Below, in pieces: positions 56,297 through 64,000 of a DNA stretch of 64,000 nt; positions within the stretch are counted from its first letter, which is position 1, and the number at the start of each line of letters is the position of its first letter. The stretch is from a virus (taxonomy: Duplodnaviria; Caudoviricetes), in the IMG/VR virus record IMGVR_UViG_2832220722_000003, positions 1-64,000 of that record. One strand, 5' to 3'. A program made the position numbers and the translations under genes. The notes below the pieces were generated by a model, which saw only the letters and a program-made list of their open reading frames with translations, was not told the origin of the DNA and did not search any database.

Positions 56297-56836
56297 ATGA
56301 CCATCGCAATCGAAAACCCAATTGCCTGGATCGACGCCCTGGGAGGATCGTCCGCGAGCTTTGAAATCTCATCCCACGCGGCAGTCGGCCGCGATGACAT
56401 GGAGGGGTGGGGCACTTCCTTGACCCACCTGAGCCGGCCGGAGGCCGAAATTCGCCGCCACATCGAGCGCGAGAACGGGCAGGTGCTGATGTTGAACATC
56501 GGCCTCCAGCCCGTGCACCCGATCACCAGCACACAGCGCGTGCGCTGGGGTTCGACGCTCAAGGTGGGTGAGGGCCGCTACGTGCGCGCCCATGGCGACT
56601 GCGCCGATTTCCCGACCGCGTTCCAGCAGGTGAATGCCCATCAGCATGCCAGCCGCGTGATTGGTTCGCTGACCTGGTGGCAGGAAGGCGAAAAGGATTC
56701 GTGGGTGAGTTGGATCGGCGCGGCACGGCTGGAGGCCATGCGCATGGCCCACGGACAGGAAGGCTGGTATTTCAGCGTCCACGGCGAAGCGCCCACGCTT
56801 GAAGAAGCCGCGCTCCTGGCATCGATCCACGGATAG
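56297..56836 (+). CDS. Hypothetical phage protein
   Basis: SD TAAGGAG; 179-aa ORF. Confidence 0.65.
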   Translation: MTIAIENPIAWIDALGGSSASFEISSHAAVGRDDMEGWGTSLTHLSRPEAEIRRHIERENGQVLMLNIGLQPVHPITSTQRVRWGSTLKVGEGRYVRAHGDCADFPTAFQQVNAHQHASRVIGSLTWWQEGEKDSWVSWIGAARLEAMRMAHGQEGWYFSVHGEAPTLEEAALLASIHG

Positions 56837-57035
56837 CACCAGCCCGCCCCGCGCGGGCTTTCTTTTTTTGGAGTTGCCATGAGCACCACCCAACCCCAGG
56901 GGCAGCAGCCCCAGCCCATCAAGCGCTGCGCCAGCTGCGGCGCTCCCGTCCACAAGGAACCCACGCCAGGCGAAGGCCTGCCCTGCGGACATTGAAAGGC
57001 CGCCATGACCACCAACACCCCATGAAAGGACCACT

Positions 57036-57392
57036 GTGACCATCGCATCCATTCGCTTCGCCGACTTGCCGGCCCTCGGAGCACCGCTTGATAGCGGCGA
57101 GTTCGCCGGCATTACCACCCAGCCAGACGGCACGCACTGCGCCGTCGTGAAGCTCCCCGAGCAGGGCAGCGGCTTGACGCACGGGAAGGCCGTGGCATGG
57201 GCCGAGAAGCTGGGCGGCGTGCTGCTGGTTGCGAACCTGAAAGGCCTGGAGCCCGAATGGCACTGGCTGGCCGAGACACATGGCGCCTCCTACGCCTGGG
57301 ATTGCTACTTCGGCTACGGCAGCCAGAGCAACATCCGCAAGAGCTACGAGGGCTCGGCTGTTGCCGTCCGCTTGATTCCTCTTATTTCTTGA
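57036..57392 (+). CDS. DUF1566-like protein with an orphan VR-like C-terminus (apparent internal deletion)
   Basis: GEFAGITT; WHWLAE; YAWDCYFGYGSQSNIRKSYEGSAVAVR; the LP(S/T)xxE motif is missing (GGVLLVAN). Confidence 0.75.
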   Translation: MTIASIRFADLPALGAPLDSGEFAGITTQPDGTHCAVVKLPEQGSGLTHGKAVAWAEKLGGVLLVANLKGLEPEWHWLAETHGASYAWDCYFGYGSQSNIRKSYEGSAVAVRLIPLIS

Positions 57393-57796
57393 ACCCTTTT
57401 TTTCTTTTTGGGGAAGCACCCATGCCCACAGAGACCACTGTTATCCAGATCCCAGCAACCACCATCGAGCTGCAGACCGGCGAGCGCTACGCCGGCCCCG
57501 TTCTCGACGAATCGGGCGCCATCAAGCACCACCTGATCCTGCTGTCCGCGCGCCCGGCCAAGCGCGCACCCTGGCAAGCGCAAATGGATTGGGCCGCCAG
57601 CGTCGGCGGCGACCTGCCCAGCCCGCAGGAGCAGGCCCTGCTCTTCGCCAATTGCCGCGATGCCCTGCACGAGGCATGGTGCTGGTCGAACAAGGAATAC
57701 AAGAGCAACACCTCCTACGCCTGGTTTTGCAACTTCTACTACGGCGGCCAGAGCCGCCACCGCAAGAGCTACGAGGGATCGGCTATTGCCGTCCGC
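57285..57796 (+). repeat. Pair of 87-nt VR-like repeats (57285-57371 and 57710-57796)
   Basis: 74/87 identical; 12 of 13 mismatches are at codon positions 1-2. Confidence 0.85.
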
Positions 57797-57835
57797 AGGC
57801 AGTGCATCGCCAAGGCAGCGCCAGGGTCCGCATGA
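57422..57835 (+). CDS. DUF1566-like protein with an orphan VR-like C-terminus
   Basis: GERYAG; WAASVGGDLPSPQEQALLFAN; WCWS; YAWFCNFYYGGQSRHRKSYEGSAIAVR. Confidence 0.82.
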   Translation: MPTETTVIQIPATTIELQTGERYAGPVLDESGAIKHHLILLSARPAKRAPWQAQMDWAASVGGDLPSPQEQALLFANCRDALHEAWCWSNKEYKSNTSYAWFCNFYYGGQSRHRKSYEGSAIAVRRQCIAKAAPGSA

Positions 57836-57871
57836 ACCGCCGTGTTATGCGGCAATTTTGAAAGGAAGAAC

Positions 57872-58081
57872 TTGAACACTGACACCAACAACGCCAAGCC
57901 GCTGCTCCTGTTGCAGCAAGCCTTCGATGCGCTGGAGGCAACCGCCGATAGCGACATTGAGCATTTCGAGGACGAGCAGGAAGAGGCCGAGGCGGTTCCG
58001 GCGCAGTACGCCTGCCGCAAGATCATGGAAGCTATGGACCTGCTGCGGGCTGCGAACAGGGAGCGCCTACTTGGCGCATAA
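57872..58081 (+). CDS. Cassette-like hypothetical gene A
   Basis: TTG start after AAAGGAAG; stop TAA lies within the attC core CGCATAAC. Confidence 0.6.
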   Translation: MNTDTNNAKPLLLLQQAFDALEATADSDIEHFEDEQEEAEAVPAQYACRKIMEAMDLLRAANRERLLGA

Positions 58082-58134
58082 CGCCTGAGATAACCGGCGC
58101 GCTTTAGCGCGTCCGGTTGATTGAAACGTTAGCA
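58075..58134 (-). mobile_element. Integron-type attC site (59-base element)
   Basis: Minus strand TGCTAAC-GTTTC-AATCAACC-GGACGCGCTAAAGCGCGCC-GGTTATC-TCAGGC-GTTATGC: R'', 5-nt spacer, L'', stem-loop, L', R' with two extrahelical bases. Confidence 0.8.
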
Positions 58135-58154
58135 ATTACCCCGCGGAGGATGAC

Positions 58155-58427
58155 ATGCAGGTGTTGAGCAACACGATACAGACGGCGCGCAAGCATTACT
58201 CGTGCGACGCATGCCAAGTGTTTTTGCAGTCGAACTACGGGCGCAGCGATGTGTCCGCGGACGACTGGCTGGTAATCGAAGGCGCACGAGCTGATCGCTG
58301 GAAGATCACTCCGAACAGCAAATACCGCAAGCTGACGATCAAGGACGGCCCGGATATTCTGACCGTGCGAAATCGGCTCGATGTTGAGGCTGTATGCCAT
58401 CGGCATTATCTGTTTGATGAGTGCTAA
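58155..58427 (+). CDS. Cassette-like hypothetical gene B (CxxC Zn-binding)
   Basis: SD GGAGGA; ARKHYSCDAC; stop TAA lies within TGCTAAC. Confidence 0.65.
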   Translation: MQVLSNTIQTARKHYSCDACQVFLQSNYGRSDVSADDWLVIEGARADRWKITPNSKYRKLTIKDGPDILTVRNRLDVEAVCHRHYLFDEC

Positions 58428-58457
58428 CGCCGATTAGGCGACAAACAGGAGCATCCC

Positions 58458-58769
58458 ATGAGCAGTGACCAACAGACCACGAAGAAGACCGTGCTCGTGA
58501 CGATCACAAAGGAAATCGAGGTCGAAATCAAGAACGACATGCTGACGCCGGAAGCGCTCGCGGAGTTCAGCAAGTTTTTCTACGAGGCGTGTAGCCCGGA
58601 CGAAATGTTTGCCAACGCCGCGCAGCAGATCGCACGCTTTGAGCCGAGCTTCGTTGAGGGCCTTGGCCCGTGCCGACCCGCGCACAGCAAGGACGATGCC
58701 GTTGTGCGCTATCAAGAAATCAGCGAAGACGTTGAGGCGGAAGTGAAGGAGCCAAGCCATGCAGGCTGA
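58458..58769 (+). CDS. Hypothetical acidic phage protein
   Basis: SD AGGAG; 103 aa. Confidence 0.6.
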   Translation: MSSDQQTTKKTVLVTITKEIEVEIKNDMLTPEALAEFSKFFYEACSPDEMFANAAQQIARFEPSFVEGLGPCRPAHSKDDAVVRYQEISEDVEAEVKEPSHAG

Positions 58770-59337
58770 ACAACAAGGCGCAGCAGCGCCGAACCTGCTG
58801 CCATGCCCGTTTTGCGGAGCACCGGCGCATGGCTATGCCATCGCACCGCACGAACACTCGGACGCGCTCCGAAAGCTCGTGCCGGAACTGCCGGCCCATT
58901 CCGGGAGCTACGTCATTGAGGGGCAGTGCGATTGCGGCTCCGGGATGATCGGCGCCACCGAAGATGAAGTGGTTGCTCGCTGGAACCACCGCGCCCAGCC
59001 CACGCCACCGGCCGCAGCGCCGAGCGATGCGATGGTGGATTCCTACCTGCGCGCCCAGCGTGAGACGGTGGAGGCGGTTGATCGCAAATTTGGCCACCCC
59101 AACGGCAAGGCGCCATCGCATCTGCACCCCGTGCGCGAGGCATGCCGCGCCGGGCTTGCTGCGGCTCTGGCCGTGGCGCCACCGGCTGTAGTGGAGCTGC
59201 TGACAGATGAGCAGATCACCGCGATCTGGGCGGCGAAGCCCCGTTACCACGCCGAGCCCATCGGTTATACCGACCTGGAGTTCGCCCGCGACATCGAAGC
59301 CGCCCACGGCATCACAGGAGGCAAGCCATGCAGCTGA
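58759..59337 (+). CDS. Lar-family restriction alleviation-like protein with a C-terminal extension
   Basis: LLPCPFCG...CDCG...EDEVVARWNHRA. Confidence 0.65.
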   Translation: MQAEQQGAAAPNLLPCPFCGAPAHGYAIAPHEHSDALRKLVPELPAHSGSYVIEGQCDCGSGMIGATEDEVVARWNHRAQPTPPAAAPSDAMVDSYLRAQRETVEAVDRKFGHPNGKAPSHLHPVREACRAGLAAALAVAPPAVVELLTDEQITAIWAAKPRYHAEPIGYTDLEFARDIEAAHGITGGKPCS

Positions 59338-59825
59338 ACCGCGCACAGCGCCGCGCGGCCAGGCGCGCCAAGCCCCCGCCGTACGGCGCCGGACACATCA
59401 CCCTGCCGATCACCATCCGGTTTGGTGCGTCTGAGGAAACCGCGCTGATGCAGCAACCCATCGTTGCGGCCCAGCGGCTGCACGATGGGACTGGCAACGA
59501 GGGGGATTGGCATGCCGTCACGCTGCGCCTGAACTGGGCGCGGCTGCTGAACAAGGCCAATTTCGAGAACGGCGAGGCCTACTTCGCCGAGGCTCAGGAC
59601 GCGATGCGCGCCGTCAAGTCCCGGGCCGAGCGGTACGGCACCTGGAGCATGTCCACGCCCGAGCACGAGTGCACCAACCAGGCGCTGGTGCTGTGCAACC
59701 AGATGCAGACCATGTGCACGCGGCGCGAGCTGCGCGCTTCGCTGGAGGCGGTGTACCAGGCCAACGAGTACCAGGCCAAGGTGCGAGCGATCCAGGATCG
59801 GATGGATGGGAGAGCCGGCGCATGA
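59328..59825 (+). CDS. Hypothetical phage protein
   Basis: NRAQRRAAR N-terminus; coupled to both neighbours. Confidence 0.65.
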   Translation: MQLNRAQRRAARRAKPPPYGAGHITLPITIRFGASEETALMQQPIVAAQRLHDGTGNEGDWHAVTLRLNWARLLNKANFENGEAYFAEAQDAMRAVKSRAERYGTWSMSTPEHECTNQALVLCNQMQTMCTRRELRASLEAVYQANEYQAKVRAIQDRMDGRAGA

Positions 59826-59927
59826 GAGGCTTTTTTCTCTTTTTCGCGGGGATAGACCTGTGCTTTGGCAACCACGCCATTGCCGGTCTCATGTTGATGC
59901 TGGCCGCAATATCGTAAGGAGCACGCC

Positions 59928-60359
59928 ATGAGCACTGACACAGGCCACAAGCGGCTGCTGGCGCCAAGCGTGTTTTCCTTCGAGGTGTGGGCTGTCGGTA
60001 GTCCGCATCGCCGCATCATCAATGCGCGATCCAGCGGCGCAGCGCGCTACGACTACCTGTTGGACGTGCGCGACTGCTGGCCTGATGCGAAGTACACGGA
60101 CATGCGAGCCAGGAAGATCGGTCCGGCCCACACCAGCGAAGCCTTCTTGCGCACGGCACGGTATCGCGGCATGCCCGATCTTCGGTGCGGCGAAGCCGTC
60201 AAGGTGAGCGGCCGGTCTGGAGTGGTCGTGGGCCACAACGACAGCGCGAACTTCGACGTGCTGTTCGACCAGGGGACCGACTGGGCTGGCGCCGTGCTCA
60301 ACGTGCACCCCAGCGAATTGCGCCGCGCTGCTGCAGTCGTGGGCGAGAAGACGCCCTGA
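59928..60359 (+). CDS. Hypothetical phage protein
   Basis: SD TAAGGAG; GVVVGHNDSANFDVLFD...NVHP. Confidence 0.65.
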   Translation: MSTDTGHKRLLAPSVFSFEVWAVGSPHRRIINARSSGAARYDYLLDVRDCWPDAKYTDMRARKIGPAHTSEAFLRTARYRGMPDLRCGEAVKVSGRSGVVVGHNDSANFDVLFDQGTDWAGAVLNVHPSELRRAAAVVGEKTP

Positions 60360-60430
60360 GCCCCAACACGATTTCAACAAGCACCCTAGCCCCGCCACCG
60401 TGCGGGGCTTTTTCTTTTGGAGCCCCCAAC

Positions 60431-60772
60431 ATGATTACCCAGGAAACCGCCGCCCTCATATTCCATGCCTACCGCGAAATTGAAGCCGGACAGAAGCTGC
60501 TGGATGACATGAAGGCCATTCGGAGCCGCGAAGGCCTGGACAGGCACGCGCCGACGATCAAGGACGCATTCGGCAGGCCGCAGCACCTGCAACTCGGCAT
60601 CCCCTCGGGAGAGAACTCGCACCGCATCTTGGGCGTGTCCCCGTTCCTGGCCGAGTCCGTCATCCGCGCTCACATCGAGAACAAGCGCGCGGAACTCGCC
60701 GAGATTCAGGAGCGCGCCCGCATCGAACTGCAGGGGGATCGGCAGCCCCCAGCCGCTGGAGAGCCTGAATAA
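60431..60772 (+). CDS. Hypothetical phage protein
   Basis: SD GGAG before the ATG at 60431. Confidence 0.6.
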   Translation: MITQETAALIFHAYREIEAGQKLLDDMKAIRSREGLDRHAPTIKDAFGRPQHLQLGIPSGENSHRILGVSPFLAESVIRAHIENKRAELAEIQERARIELQGDRQPPAAGEPE

Positions 60773-60835
60773 GCAATCCCGCCCCGATGCATCAACGCCC
60801 GCCGCGCGCGGGCTCTTTTTTTTGAAAGCCCCGAC

Positions 60836-61483
60836 ATGCCCCACATCCACCTGGCCGATGGCACCGTGCACTACCTCGATGCCCACAGCGCGGACCTGAA
60901 CACCTACAACATCGAGACGCTGGCGCACCACCTGGCGCTCATCAACCGCTTCACCGGAGCCACCTACCGGCCGTACAGCGTGGCAGAGCACAGCCTGTTG
61001 TGCGCCGACATCGCGGCCGCGCGCGGACTGCCCGTGGTGGCGCAGCTCGCATGCCTGATGCACGACGCCCATGAGGCCATCACCGGCGACGCCAGCACGC
61101 CCGTGAAATGGGCTCTGGGCGAGCCCTGGGAGAGATTCGAGGGGCCGCACGCACGCGCGCTGCGTGCCCACTTCGGACTGCGCACGGTGTTCTCCGGCTA
61201 CGGCCGCGATATCAAGCTGGTGGACTACATCGCCCTGGCCACCGAGCGCCGCGACCTGCTGGGCTTCGACCCTGAGCGGCATGCGCCCTGGCCGCAGTTG
61301 GATACGCCGGGCCAGATCGTCGAGCCTGCGGCCGGCAGCCTCAACGACTATCGGCGAGTGGGCGCCGCCTGGAGCCACTGGAAATCGCTCTTCTGCCATA
61401 GGTTTCACGACCTGCGCGCACAGATTCAGGCGGCCGATGCGCAATTCATCGTCGCGGCGACCGGCGAGTCGCGTGCGGCCTGA
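60836..61483 (+). CDS. HD-domain phosphohydrolase (YfbR/YfdR-like deoxynucleotidase)
   Basis: NRFTG...YSVAEHS...LMHDAHEA...D...LATERRDL. Confidence 0.85.
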   Translation: MPHIHLADGTVHYLDAHSADLNTYNIETLAHHLALINRFTGATYRPYSVAEHSLLCADIAAARGLPVVAQLACLMHDAHEAITGDASTPVKWALGEPWERFEGPHARALRAHFGLRTVFSGYGRDIKLVDYIALATERRDLLGFDPERHAPWPQLDTPGQIVEPAAGSLNDYRRVGAAWSHWKSLFCHRFHDLRAQIQAADAQFIVAATGESRAA

Positions 61484-61541
61484 AAGTCGAACGATCAACC
61501 ACAGCCCCGCGCGAGCGGGGCTTTCTGTTTCTGGAGAGTCT

Positions 61542-61601
61542 ATGAACCAAACCCGCCTTGGCTCGTTGATCGAGGCCGTATTGAGGGCAGTGGCCACATG
61601 A
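61542..61601 (+). pseudogene. Truncated remnant of a small phage membrane-protein gene
   Basis: Good SD and MNQTRLGSLIEAV start that I recognise from a common phage family, but it ends after 19 codons at the next gene. Confidence 0.35.
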
Positions 61602-62233
61602 TCGCGGCGCTGTACGTTGAAGCCGGCGGTGCGTATTTCGGCCTGCCTGGCGTTGACCCATGGGACGAGGCGCGTGACGCGCGGAAGTACGCAGGCCCAT
61701 GGCCCGTGGTGGCGCACCCGCCATGCCAGCGCTGGGGCCGGTACTGGCACGGCGCGCCCCGCAAGCCACACCAGCATCGCCTGGGCGAAGACGGCGGCTG
61801 CTTCGCCGCGGCGCTGACTGCAGTGCGCAACTACGGTGGCGTGATCGAGCACCCGAAGGACTCGCACGCGTGGCGCTATTTCGGCCTGACGCCCCCCCCG
61901 GCGGCCGGCGGATGGGTGCCAGCCGATGCCTTCGGCGGCTGGACGTGCTGCGTATGGCAAGGCCACTACGGCCATTTCGCGGGCAAGGGCACATGGCTCT
62001 ACGCGGTGCCGAGCGATCCGGCTCTGCTGCCCGCGCTGACCTGGGGCCAGAGCGACAGCGGACCGACGCCCGAGATGATCGAGCGCTACGGCTACGCGAA
62101 GGCGCGACGAGTCGGGCGCATGGCCCTGGTCGGCGGCAAGGACAAGACCCGTATCCGCAACGCCACACCGCCCGAGTTCCGGGACCTACTGATCGGCATC
62201 GCCCGCAGCGCCGCGCGCGAGCACGTCACATGA
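61598..62233 (+). CDS. C5 cytosine methyltransferase-like protein lacking a clear motif I
   Basis: VVAHPPCQ (motif IV), VIEHP (motif VI-like), RNATPPEF (motif X-like); no FxGxGG. Confidence 0.6.
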   Translation: MIAALYVEAGGAYFGLPGVDPWDEARDARKYAGPWPVVAHPPCQRWGRYWHGAPRKPHQHRLGEDGGCFAAALTAVRNYGGVIEHPKDSHAWRYFGLTPPPAAGGWVPADAFGGWTCCVWQGHYGHFAGKGTWLYAVPSDPALLPALTWGQSDSGPTPEMIERYGYAKARRVGRMALVGGKDKTRIRNATPPEFRDLLIGIARSAAREHVT

Positions 62234-62310
62234 CCGCCCCGCCCGACTGGCACGCCGCAGATAACAACCCCGAGCCCCGCCCGCGCGGGGTTTTTTCATT
62301 GGAGGGCCAC

Positions 62311-63381
62311 ATGGCCGAGAGCACGAAGATCGAATGGGCGGATCACACATTCAACCCCTGGGAAGGTTGCCAGAAGGTAGGACCAGGCTGCGACAACTGC
62401 TATGCCGAGAACCGCAATGCCCGCTTTGCCGGCGGCCAGGCAATCAACTGGGGACCGGGCGCACCGCGGCGCCGCACGAGCGCCAGCAACTGGAACAAGC
62501 CCCTCGCCTGGAACAAGAATGCCGATGCCTTCATGGCCGCCCACGGCCGGCGCCAGCGTGTTTTCTGCGCAAGCCTGGCGGATGTGTTCGACAACGCGGT
62601 GGATCCGCGGTGGCGTGCGGACCTGTTCGCGCTCATCCTGGCCACGCCGGCATTGGACTGGCTGCTGTTGACGAAGCGCATTGGCAACGTGGTGCCGATG
62701 CTGGCCGAATTGCGCCACGGCAACGACCCCGACCTGCCTGTGCTGGACATGATGCCGCTGCCCAATGTGTGGATCGGCGTCACCATCGTGAACCAGGAAG
62801 AAGCCGACAGAGACATCACCAAGCTGATCGAGGTGCCTGCCGCCAAGCGCTTCCTGTCGGTTGAGCCCATGCTGGGCGAGTTGGACATCATGAAGTGGCT
62901 GCAGCCGTACACATGCGCCGATTGCGGCCACCACGGCAGCGTCAACGACTGCGGACCGGATGGCTGCAAAAAGTGCAGCGAGGAAGCCGCCTTCGATAGC
63001 GGCTACACATGCAAGGCATGCGGCGCTGATGACCAATCGGCAAGGGCGTCGTGTCCGAACTGCGGTAGCCATCGCTCCTACGAGGAAGATAACGGCTTCA
63101 TCTGGTCAAGCGAGCAGCGGCTGATTGACTGGGTGATTTGCGGCGGCGAGAGCGGTCCCGGCGCGCGGCCCATGAGCCCCGACTGGGCGCGCTGTCTCCG
63201 CGACCAATGCCAAGCAGCTGGCACGCCCTTTCTCTTCAAGCAATGGGGAGAGTGGCTGCCCGACAACCAGAACCCAGCGATTGCCGGCCCGTCCGGCGAC
63301 ACGCAGGGTATTCGGGTCGGCAAGAAGGCGGCCGGCCGCCTGCTCGATAGCCGCACCTGGGATGAATTCCCGGCGCTATGA
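62311..63381 (+). CDS. DUF5131 (phage Gp37/Gp68) family protein with a four-CxxC insertion
   Basis: TKIEWADHTFNPWEGCQKVGPGCDNCYA; LLLTKR; FLSVEPML; DWVICGGESG; FLFKQWG. Confidence 0.9.
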   Translation: MAESTKIEWADHTFNPWEGCQKVGPGCDNCYAENRNARFAGGQAINWGPGAPRRRTSASNWNKPLAWNKNADAFMAAHGRRQRVFCASLADVFDNAVDPRWRADLFALILATPALDWLLLTKRIGNVVPMLAELRHGNDPDLPVLDMMPLPNVWIGVTIVNQEEADRDITKLIEVPAAKRFLSVEPMLGELDIMKWLQPYTCADCGHHGSVNDCGPDGCKKCSEEAAFDSGYTCKACGADDQSARASCPNCGSHRSYEEDNGFIWSSEQRLIDWVICGGESGPGARPMSPDWARCLRDQCQAAGTPFLFKQWGEWLPDNQNPAIAGPSGDTQGIRVGKKAAGRLLDSRTWDEFPAL

Positions 63382-63623
63382 GCGTCACCTACAGCACGGT
63401 AGACCTGGCCGAAGACCGGGCCTACCTGTCCCACCACTTCAACTGCCCCACATGCTGCGCCGCTGGGCGAACCCAGGGACGCATTGCGCGCTGCCCGGAT
63501 GGGCAAGCGCTGTGGGACGCCTACGAGGCGGCCGTTCTCGCCCGCGATCAAGCCGAGCGCGAGGCGCATGTGGCGCGCCTGAAATCCCTGAATACCCCGA
63601 ATCGAAAGGGACCACACCAATGA
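63378..63623 (+). CDS. Small Cys/His-rich hypothetical protein
   Basis: HHFNCPTCC...RCPDGQALW; coupled to both neighbours. Confidence 0.6.
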   Translation: MSVTYSTVDLAEDRAYLSHHFNCPTCCAAGRTQGRIARCPDGQALWDAYEAAVLARDQAEREAHVARLKSLNTPNRKGPHQ

Positions 63624-63883
63624 CTACCAGCCCCACCATGAGCCTGGTCGAAGCAGCCGACACGCTCAAGATGCACCCCCACACCCTGGAGAAACTGATC
63701 CGCGCGGGCGAAATAGCGGCAGGCAAGCCCGGCCGCTCCTACGTGCTGCTGACGCGCGACGTGCTGGCCTACGCCGAGAAGATCATCCTGCGGGACACAG
63801 CCGACCGCATCCGCGCGGCGCGGGCGGCATCACCACAGCGCGGCCGAAAGATCGCTACCCCGCAGGTTCGCGTAGCGCATTAG
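63620..63883 (+). CDS. xis: Excisionase-like HTH protein
   Basis: MSLVEAADTLKMHPHTLEKLIRAGEIAAGKPGRSY; convergent with and overlapping the integrase. Confidence 0.75.
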   Translation: MTTSPTMSLVEAADTLKMHPHTLEKLIRAGEIAAGKPGRSYVLLTRDVLAYAEKIILRDTADRIRAARAASPQRGRKIATPQVRVAH

Positions 63884-64000
63884 CATGCGCTGACTCTTGT
63901 GGCCCGTGATTTTCATGATCTGAGTTTCCGAGAGCTTCGTGCGCTCAAACAGGCGGCTTGTGGCCTCGTGCCGCAGGTCGTGAAACTTCAAGTCCTTGCA
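63830..64000 (-). CDS. int: Tyrosine integrase, C-terminal 56 aa (partial)
   Basis: My translation: CKDLKFHDLRHEATSRLFERTKLSETQIMKITGHKSQRMLMRYANLRGSDLSAALW*; HxLRH, GH and catalytic Y present. Confidence 0.9.
   Translation of the reverse strand, partial: CKDLKFHDLRHEATSRLFERTKLSETQIMKITGHKSQRMLMRYANLRGSDLSAALW

Larger units (their letters stand above)
1..64000. mobile_element. Temperate podovirus-like prophage or phage genome, nearly complete; integrase truncated at the right edge and att sites not visible
   Basis: Contiguous lysis, tail, head, packaging, replication, immunity, early and int/xis modules; no host housekeeping genes; no tape-measure or sheath gene recognised. Confidence 0.95.

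Noticed and set aside
57285-57796. Orphan VRs as remote targets of the resident TR
   Set aside because: They differ from TR 51942-52015 at many non-adenine positions and lack its GAGTTCCGCGTCCGGCCCTTCCGC 3' end
60386-61975. 529-aa minus-strand ORF
   Set aside because: Shadow of three well-supported plus-strand genes
63830-64000. Integrase as the integron integrase for the attC site
   Set aside because: The visible C-terminus is phage-type, paired with xis and 5.7 kb away; the IntI-specific insertion cannot be assessed in this fragment

Overview
The whole window is one temperate, podovirus-like prophage or phage genome of a GC-rich host, probably a betaproteobacterium (inference). Its integrase is cut off at the right edge. 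The minus strand (1-46.5 kb) carries cro, cII, replication and recombination genes, terminase, portal, an N4-gp56-type capsid, a 4764-aa DarB-like polyvalent protein, tail genes, a lysis cassette and two fused putative anti-defence sponge genes. The plus strand (46.6-63.9 kb) carries cI, a moron and toxin-antitoxin block, and a long early operon. The main signals are as follows. (1) A complete diversity-generating retroelement (two targets, avd, TR, RT) in which every VR/TR mismatch falls on a TR adenine; its targets are small early DUF1566-like proteins, not the tail fibre. (2) A second pair of DUF1566-like genes with an AAY-type hypermutation footprint that does not match the resident TR (orphan VRs). 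(3) Directly behind them, an integron-type attC site with two cassette-like units bounded by complementary core sites, genes antisense to the attC, and no integron integrase in view. (4) Small ORFs overprinted inside the DarB-like gene. (5) A six-copy late-promoter motif feeding mostly leaderless genes, four identical asymmetric operators, and about ten stereotyped terminator hairpins behind an 800-nt non-coding leader. All family assignments come from motif recognition by eye, not database searches.
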